This document shows, one piece after another, positions 1 to 3,977 of a stretch of DNA of 6,980 nucleotides (positions within the stretch are counted from its first letter, which is position 1; each line of letters begins with the position of its first letter). Below the pieces are notes generated by a model. That model saw only the letters and a list, made by a program, of their open reading frames with translations. It had not been told where the DNA came from and did no database searches. Source of the stretch: an uncultured Nitrosopumilaceae archaeon (GTDB lineage: Archaea > Thermoproteota > Nitrososphaeria > Nitrososphaerales > Nitrosopumilaceae). The stretch is from positions 25,021-32,000 of the forward strand of contig CAYYXT010000014.1 of NCBI GenBank assembly GCA_964475825.1, written 5' to 3'. Position numbers and translations under genes: made by a program.

Positions 1-243
1 CCACAATTACCTTCACCTGAATCAGAACCACAATTACCTTCACCTGAATCAGAACCACAATTACCTTCACCTGAATCAGAACCACAATTACCTTCACCTG
101 AATTAAATCCACAATTACCTTCACCTGAATCAGAACCACAATTACCTTCACCTGAATCAGAACCACAATTACCTTCACCTGAATCAGAACCACAATTACC
201 TTCACCTGAATTAAATCCACAATTACCTTCACCTGCTAGTGAA
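1..243 (+). repeat. 27-bp head-to-tail tandem repeat (8 full copies plus 1 degenerate copy visible, array continues off the left edge), coding for PQLPSPESE / PQLPSPELN
   Basis: The unit is ccacaattaccttcacctgaatcagaa. Identical copies start at 1, 28, 55, 109, 136 and 163. A variant ending gaattaaat starts at 82 and 190. The last copy, 217-243, ends gctagtgaa. There are no spacers between units. The variant recurs every fourth unit, giving a 108-bp higher-order period (1-108 is identical to 109-216). Confidence 0.97.
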
Positions 244-543
244 CCCTCAACTGAAACTAAACATGATCCTGAAGAACGTGATGTAATTTTTGTTGGCACT
301 AAACCCATACTGACATATGTTGCAGCTACTTTAACGCAACTTTCAACAAGACACACTGTTACAATTAAGGCTAGAGGTAAAAGAATTACTCAGGCAGTTG
401 ATGTATCTCAAATGATTGTTAAAAGAATGAATACTGTTGGGTATGTTGTCAGCGATGTCAGAATTTTATCTGATTCACTTATATCTCAAGATGGTAAACT
501 ACGTAATGTCTCTACAATAGAAATTGACATTACAAAAAATTAA
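1..543 (+). CDS. albA: Alba-domain DNA/RNA-binding protein, 5'-truncated by the window edge, with an N-terminal PQLPSPESE nonapeptide-repeat extension
   Basis: Frame +1 is open from base 1 to TAA at 541-543 (180 codons). It has no start in the window, so the ORF track omits it. From codon 94 it reads DVIFVGTKPILTYVAATLTQLSTRHTVTIKARGKRITQAVDVSQMIVKRMNTVGYVVSDVRILSDSLISQDGKLRNVSTIEIDITKN. By eye this aligns end to end with Sulfolobus Sso10b/Alba as I recall it ([61 protein letters not shown]). Codons 1-81 are the repeat array, in the same frame. There is no in-frame ATG, GTG or TTG between the array and the domain. Confidence 0.9.
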   Translation, partial: PQLPSPESEPQLPSPESEPQLPSPESEPQLPSPELNPQLPSPESEPQLPSPESEPQLPSPESEPQLPSPELNPQLPSPASEPSTETKHDPEERDVIFVGTKPILTYVAATLTQLSTRHTVTIKARGKRITQAVDVSQMIVKRMNTVGYVVSDVRILSDSLISQDGKLRNVSTIEIDITKN

Positions 544-766
544 AACCATTAGAAACTTAATTCTAATCTGTGTGGGTATTTTTACTATTGGTATAATTCT
601 TGGATTTGCAGTATATTCTTGTGGGATACAACATATTGCAATTATGACTGATTTAGAATCATATGAAAAATCACTTGATCCAGAATTCTGCGATGTTTTA
701 GTTGAAAAAATTAACTTATTTAATGCTGATTGTAAACCTGAAGTTGAAATTTTAGATTGCGGTTAA
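524..766 (+). CDS. small hypothetical membrane protein (N-terminal signal-anchor helix, acidic Cys-containing C-terminal domain)
   Basis: An 80-codon ORF from the track. Its start codon is TTG at 524; an alternative in-frame GTG lies at 572. A basic N-terminus (KIKTIRN) is followed by one hydrophobic stretch, LILICVGIFTIGIILGFAVYS. The roughly 45-residue acidic tail carries Cys at residues 33, 56, 70 and 79. I recognise no family. The ORF fills the otherwise empty gap between Alba and the LysE gene. Confidence 0.45.
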   Translation: MTLQKIKTIRNLILICVGIFTIGIILGFAVYSCGIQHIAIMTDLESYEKSLDPEFCDVLVEKINLFNADCKPEVEILDCG

Positions 767-1380
767 ATGACATCTGATATGAATGATATTCCAAAATATA
801 TCAACATGGAACTTAAACCAATCATCAAAATTTTATAATTTCTATTTGAAAGGATTTTTGAACTTTTAGAAGCAAGACATGCAACTGAATACAACCATAC
901 AAAATCCATCCATATGTGCAATAAGAAAACAACAACTATTCCTGCAAATGCCCATATCAACATTGCATCTGAAATTAATTTGAAACCAACACTTAGCCAC
1001 CATATGATGAAAAATGGATTTAACGCACTAAGTGTAATTCCTGTAAGAACTGTACTGTGTTTTAGATTGAAAGAAGTTGTCTCTTTCATTTGTAATGTTG
1101 TTTTAATTTGAATTCCTGCAAATACGAAAAGTATGCTTGCTCCCAAAATAGAAATTAGTGTTCTAAACTCTGGAAAAATTTCAAATGAAAATACTCCAAC
1201 CCCTAACAAAATCACAAGTGGTAATTCTACAATTGTATGGCCTACTGCCATTTTTATTCCTGCTTTTCCACCACCTCGTAACCCATGTGCTATATTTGCT
1301 GCAAATAAAGGACCTGGCGCCATTACTCCTGACGCTGAAATAAGAATAACTGTCATTGCAAATTCTATTGTTTGATTCAT
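763..1380 (-). CDS. LysE/RhtB-family amino-acid (or small-metabolite) exporter
   Basis: A 205-aa ORF with an ATG start at 1380-1378. It is hydrophobic throughout, with about 6 predicted helices. The N-terminal signature ISASGVMAPGPLFAANIAHGLRGGGKAGIKMAVGH resembles the PGP(N/L)-containing first helix of LysE/RhtB translocators. Length is typical of the family (about 200 aa). Confidence 0.8.
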   Translation of the reverse strand: MNQTIEFAMTVILISASGVMAPGPLFAANIAHGLRGGGKAGIKMAVGHTIVELPLVILLGVGVFSFEIFPEFRTLISILGASILFVFAGIQIKTTLQMKETTSFNLKHSTVLTGITLSALNPFFIIWWLSVGFKLISDAMLIWAFAGIVVVFLLHIWMDFVWLYSVACLASKSSKILSNRNYKILMIGLSSMLIYFGISFISDVI

Positions 1381-1439
1381 TAATTTTCTATTTTTATTGA
1401 TATCTGGTTATAAAATAAACATAGTAATTTGATAATTTT

Positions 1440-2153
1440 TTATCTGTAAATTGAATCTTTTAACTGTCGTGATTCTTCATTTGTTTCTTTAATCGATTGT
1501 TCTGCTTTCTCTGCCTCTTTTTGTAGGAGTGGAATGTCACAAGATGTGCCCGGAATTAACTGTGACATTCCCATGCATAATTCTGCACTTGATTTAAAAT
1601 CTGGGCCTGTACCATCTGAATGAAAAAGAATTACAATTACATCTTGTTTTGTGATACTCCCTTCATTAAGTAACATTCCGGGTATTCCTGGAATTGTTCC
1701 ATGTTCGAGAACTTTTAATCCAGATTCTTTTAATTTTGTTCTTGCAGAATCCGTGTTTCCTACTGCAACCATTCCTTCAATTCCATCTAGGGATTTTACT
1801 GCCACACTACTTACAATTAGTTCTATTTTTTGTTTTTTTGCCCACTTGAGCATTGTATTTGCAACAATTCTGTGTAATGATTCATGAAGAGTAAGATATG
1901 ATAAAAAAGCTGAAACTTTAAGATCATCGTTTACAAAAATCCGTATTGGATAATTTGGTTTACCCTCTTTAATCAAACTAATTGGTGGAAAACTATCTGA
2001 ATCAATTATTCCTGCTAAACTAAATTGCGATGTTTGTATCATTGATTCTGTTGCAATTGCACTGGTAAAACCCACTGAAGGAAATCCGTCTATGAGATAA
2101 CCCCCTTCCAAATTAATAGGTCTTAATTCTTTAATTCTTATTTTAGAATACAA
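1440..2153 (-). CDS. PAC2-family protein (archaeal PbaA/PbaB-like proteasome assembly chaperone)
   Basis: A 237-aa ORF. GGYLIDGFPSVGFTSAIATESMIQ...AGIIDSDSFPPISLIKEGKPNYPIRIF matches the PAC2-family N-terminal pattern (G-hydrophobic-P-G/S-hydrophobic-G, then fPP). An acidic, helical C-terminal tail ends in I-Y-R. The start is TTG at 2153, the first canonical start after the upstream in-frame stop at 2189-2187. A second in-frame TTG lies at codon 15 (2111-2109). Confidence 0.78.
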   Translation of the reverse strand: MYSKIRIKELRPINLEGGYLIDGFPSVGFTSAIATESMIQTSQFSLAGIIDSDSFPPISLIKEGKPNYPIRIFVNDDLKVSAFLSYLTLHESLHRIVANTMLKWAKKQKIELIVSSVAVKSLDGIEGMVAVGNTDSARTKLKESGLKVLEHGTIPGIPGMLLNEGSITKQDVIVILFHSDGTGPDFKSSAELCMGMSQLIPGTSCDIPLLQKEAEKAEQSIKETNEESRQLKDSIYR

Positions 2154-2160
2154 TATGTTA

Positions 2161-2178
2161 TATTGAATTCTATTGAAT
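2161..2178 (-). promoter_or_regulatory. AT-rich direct repeat TATTGAAT x2 (10-bp period) in the position expected for the TATA/BRE region of the PAC2 gene
   Basis: tattgaat occurs at 2161-2168 and 2171-2178. This is 8-25 nt upstream of the TTG at 2153 on the minus strand, where it reads TTATTCAATAGAATTCAATATAACATA-TTG. The spacing would fit a leaderless or very short-leader archaeal mRNA. This is a positional argument only. Confidence 0.25.
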
Positions 2179-2199
2179 AATAGTTTTTACCTGATTTGA

Positions 2200-2382
2200 T
2201 TACTTTAGTTTTGAAACCAGTGCTGCATAAATGAATGGTAAAATTGTTGTAACTTCTGCATGAAGTGTAGTTTGTCTGGCTTGCTGTGTAACTTTTTCCC
2301 ACGAAATGGCTTCTCTTACTAGTGCACCGCTTAGACTACCGTCAAATTCCTGTGCTGTTGTAATGTAAAACGCATAATCCAA
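2200..2382 (-). CDS. hypothetical 60-aa protein, or remnant of a longer gene
   Basis: A track ORF whose start is TTG at 2382-2380. The same frame stays open for 26 more codons upstream, to the TGA at 2463-2461, with no ATG, GTG or TTG in that stretch. The sequence has mixed composition and is not low complexity. I recognise no family. An open frame of this length is not statistically compelling on its own. Confidence 0.3.
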   Translation of the reverse strand: MDYAFYITTAQEFDGSLSGALVREAISWEKVTQQARQTTLHAEVTTILPFIYAALVSKLK

Positions 2383-2452
2383 ACCTTCTCTGTATTGATT
2401 CCACCATAATGTGTGGTGCCTACGGATAAAATGATGTAGAGATTTGTTTAAT

Positions 2453-2482
2453 CTGACACTTCACCTGACAGTTTTTGTCAGG
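2453..2482. promoter_or_regulatory. CTGACA motif in three copies, including the perfect palindrome/hairpin CCTGACA-gtttt-TGTCAGG; candidate operator in the divergent intergenic region
   Basis: CTGACA occurs at 2453-2458 and 2465-2470, and its inverse TGTCAG at 2476-2481. Bases 2464-2470 pair perfectly with 2476-2482, giving a 7-bp stem and a 5-nt loop. The element lies between the minus-strand ORFs and the plus-strand inositol-3-phosphate synthase gene. Its centre is about 82 nt upstream of the ATG at 2555. Confidence 0.35.
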
Positions 2483-2509
2483 GATTAAGAATGAAAATTA
2501 GTGCAAGAC

Positions 2510-2517
2510 TTATTTAA
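2510..2517 (+). promoter_or_regulatory. TATA-box-like element (TTATTTAA), possible promoter of the inositol-3-phosphate synthase gene
   Basis: TTATTTAA is centred about 41 nt upstream of the ATG at 2555. With the usual archaeal TATA-to-TSS spacing of about 25 nt, this implies a 5' leader of roughly 15 nt. The background is AT-rich, so specificity is low. Confidence 0.25.
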
Positions 2518-2554
2518 GAAAACTTAAAACCGGCATAATCTCACTAATTTTTGA

Positions 2555-3649
2555 ATGGTAAAAAGAATCCGAGTGGGTTTGGTAGGTATAGGCAATTGTT
2601 TTGCAGGACTAATTCAGGGAATAGAATACTATCGACAAAATCCTTCTCAAGAAGTGACTGGTATAATTCATGATAAACTAGCTGGATATGGAATTCACGA
2701 TATTGATTTTGTATGTGGCTTTGATGTCGGTGACAACAAAGTTGGCAAACTCCTCAATGAAGCAATTTATGAATACCCAAACATGGTCAACTGGATTCCA
2801 AAAGAGGCAATGCCTAAAAGTGATGCCAAAGTTTACGAAAGTCCTGCTCTTGATGGAGTTGGTATATGGGTTGAAAATAGAATAAAACCCATCCAACCTA
2901 CAAAAACTGACAAACAACTCGCAGAAGAAATTAAACAAATCATCAAAGATAACGGTGTTGAAATACTTGTCTCATATTTACCCGTAGGCTCTGATCAGGT
3001 AACTGCCTTTTGGGCTCAAATTTGCCTTGACACAAATACTGCTTTTGTAAACTGTATTCCGTCTTTCATTGCATCTGATGAAACATGGGCTAAAAAATTC
3101 AAAGAAAAGAATATCCCTGTAATTGGTGATGACATTAAAGGTCAAGTAGGAGCCACTATAGTTCATAGAACATTAGCTAAATTATGCAGTGATCGTGGAA
3201 CTAAAATTGAAAAAACTTACCAAATAAACGTTGGAGGAAATACTGATTTTCTAAACATGAAAGAACAAGACAGATTAGCCTCTAAAAGAATTTCTAAAAC
3301 TGAAAGTGTTCAAAGTCAACTTGCTGAAAGATTGGCCGATGATCAGATTTACGTTGGTCCATCTGACTTTATTCCATTCTTAGGTAACACCAAACTCATG
3401 TTTATGCGAATTGAAGGTAGACAATGGGCTAACATTCCTTACAACATGGAAGTTCGTTTAGAAGTTGATGATAAAGCAAATTCTGCAGGCATTGTTATTG
3501 ATGCTATTAGATTAGCAAAGATTGCCCTTGATAGAGGTATAGGAGGTCCAATTATATCAGCTAGCGCATATTTAATGAAACATCCTATTGAACAAATGTC
3601 TGACGTTCAAGCAAAAATAGACTGTGAAAAATTCGTCGAAGGTAAATAA
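2555..3649 (+). CDS. ino1: inositol-3-phosphate synthase (myo-inositol-1-phosphate synthase, EC 5.5.1.4), prokaryotic Ino1 type
   Basis: A 364-aa ORF with ATG at 2555 and TAA at 3647-3649. The N-terminal Rossmann motif IRVGLVGIGNCFAGLIQGIEYY matches the Mycobacterium/archaeal Ino1 motif as I recall it ([22 protein letters not shown]). SYLPVGS and GDDIKGQVGATIVHRTLAKL match conserved core blocks of the same family. Length is typical (about 360-370 aa). Confidence 0.93.
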   Translation: MVKRIRVGLVGIGNCFAGLIQGIEYYRQNPSQEVTGIIHDKLAGYGIHDIDFVCGFDVGDNKVGKLLNEAIYEYPNMVNWIPKEAMPKSDAKVYESPALDGVGIWVENRIKPIQPTKTDKQLAEEIKQIIKDNGVEILVSYLPVGSDQVTAFWAQICLDTNTAFVNCIPSFIASDETWAKKFKEKNIPVIGDDIKGQVGATIVHRTLAKLCSDRGTKIEKTYQINVGGNTDFLNMKEQDRLASKRISKTESVQSQLAERLADDQIYVGPSDFIPFLGNTKLMFMRIEGRQWANIPYNMEVRLEVDDKANSAGIVIDAIRLAKIALDRGIGGPIISASAYLMKHPIEQMSDVQAKIDCEKFVEGK

Positions 3650-3711
3650 TTACTTAAAATTTCTATAATTTGAATACTTTGCCTTTTTATTCTATATTGT
3701 AAGATTGTTTG

Positions 3712-3745
3712 CTCTTGTATCTAATTTTAGTTCAAGAGTTTTTTT
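3712..3745 (+). terminator. hairpin followed by a T7 tract; candidate transcription terminator downstream of ino1
   Basis: CTCTTG (3712-3717) pairs with CAAGAG (3733-3738). An inner CTA/TAG pairing is possible (3721-3723 with 3728-3730). TTTTTTT follows immediately at 3739-3745. An earlier T5 run lies at 3684-3688. Oligo-T tracts are the known archaeal termination signal. The element begins 63 nt after the ino1 stop. Confidence 0.45.
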
Positions 3746-3977
3746 AATCAATCAAGCCTGGAAAAATAACTGTGCTTTAGTTGGATATTGTTTAGTTATA
3801 TACAGGCTCAATTTCTGGACCAAAAACATAATGCATAAATCTACATGTGATTCGGATTCTAATTTCATAATAACCACCATTACGAAAAAAATGATAGTAA
3901 AACAAGAAAAATTAATCAATTATGTCAACTAAACTTGTTAACTATCGATTATCCAACCAAATAAGAAATCAGTATCA

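Noticed and set aside
2-106. Alternative frame +2 through the repeats (HNYLHLNQN)
   Set aside because: It is open only in the ESE-type units. The variant unit introduces TAA at 104-106 (and again one higher-order period later), and this frame does not connect to the Alba domain.
1-243. Reading the 27-bp direct repeats as a CRISPR array
   Set aside because: The units are strictly head-to-tail with no spacers. They lie in a continuous open frame that runs into the Alba domain, and they are a multiple of three in length. This is a coding tandem repeat.
914-1375. Track ORFs 914-1111 (+) and 1133-1375 (+)
   Set aside because: Both lie entirely antisense to the well-supported LysE-family gene. 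Their products are compositionally odd with no recognisable motifs. They are shadow ORFs.
1651-1887. Track ORF 1651-1887 (+), 78 aa
   Set aside because: It is antisense to the PAC2-family gene and its Pro/Ser/Ile/Phe-rich sequence has no motif. It is a shadow ORF.
2430-2468. Possible C/D-box sRNA: aATGATGt (2430-2437) followed by CTGA at 2453-2456 and 2465-2468
   Set aside because: The C box is imperfect (last base T, not A) and there is no C' box between the two CTGA motifs. The C-to-D' spacing is 15 nt rather than about 12. The element would be only about 38 nt long and has no terminal stem. The CTGA motifs are better explained as parts of the CTGACA repeats.
2200-2480. Structured RNA gene (SRP RNA, RNase P RNA or tRNA) in the slightly G+C-richer stretch upstream of ino1
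   Set aside because: I found no conserved RNase P (GAGGAAAGUCC-type) motif, no SRP helix-8 motif, and no tRNA T-arm or acceptor pattern on either strand. I could not run a covariance-model scan, so this rejection is provisional.
2491-2517. Eight-codon micro-ORF MKISARLI upstream of ino1
   Set aside because: It is too short to evaluate and overlaps the TATA-like element. ATG followed by a nearby stop is expected by chance in AT-rich DNA.
2678-3166. Track ORFs 2678-2938 (-), 2688-2885 (+) and 2978-3166 (-)
   Set aside because: All are nested within, or antisense to, the strongly supported inositol-3-phosphate synthase frame. None has a recognisable domain.
3705-3932. Track ORF 3705-3932 (+), 75 aa, TTG start
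   Set aside because: It runs straight through the hairpin-T7 terminator-like element. Its Asn/Ile/Phe/Lys-rich composition is typical of translated AT-rich non-coding DNA, and it has no motif.
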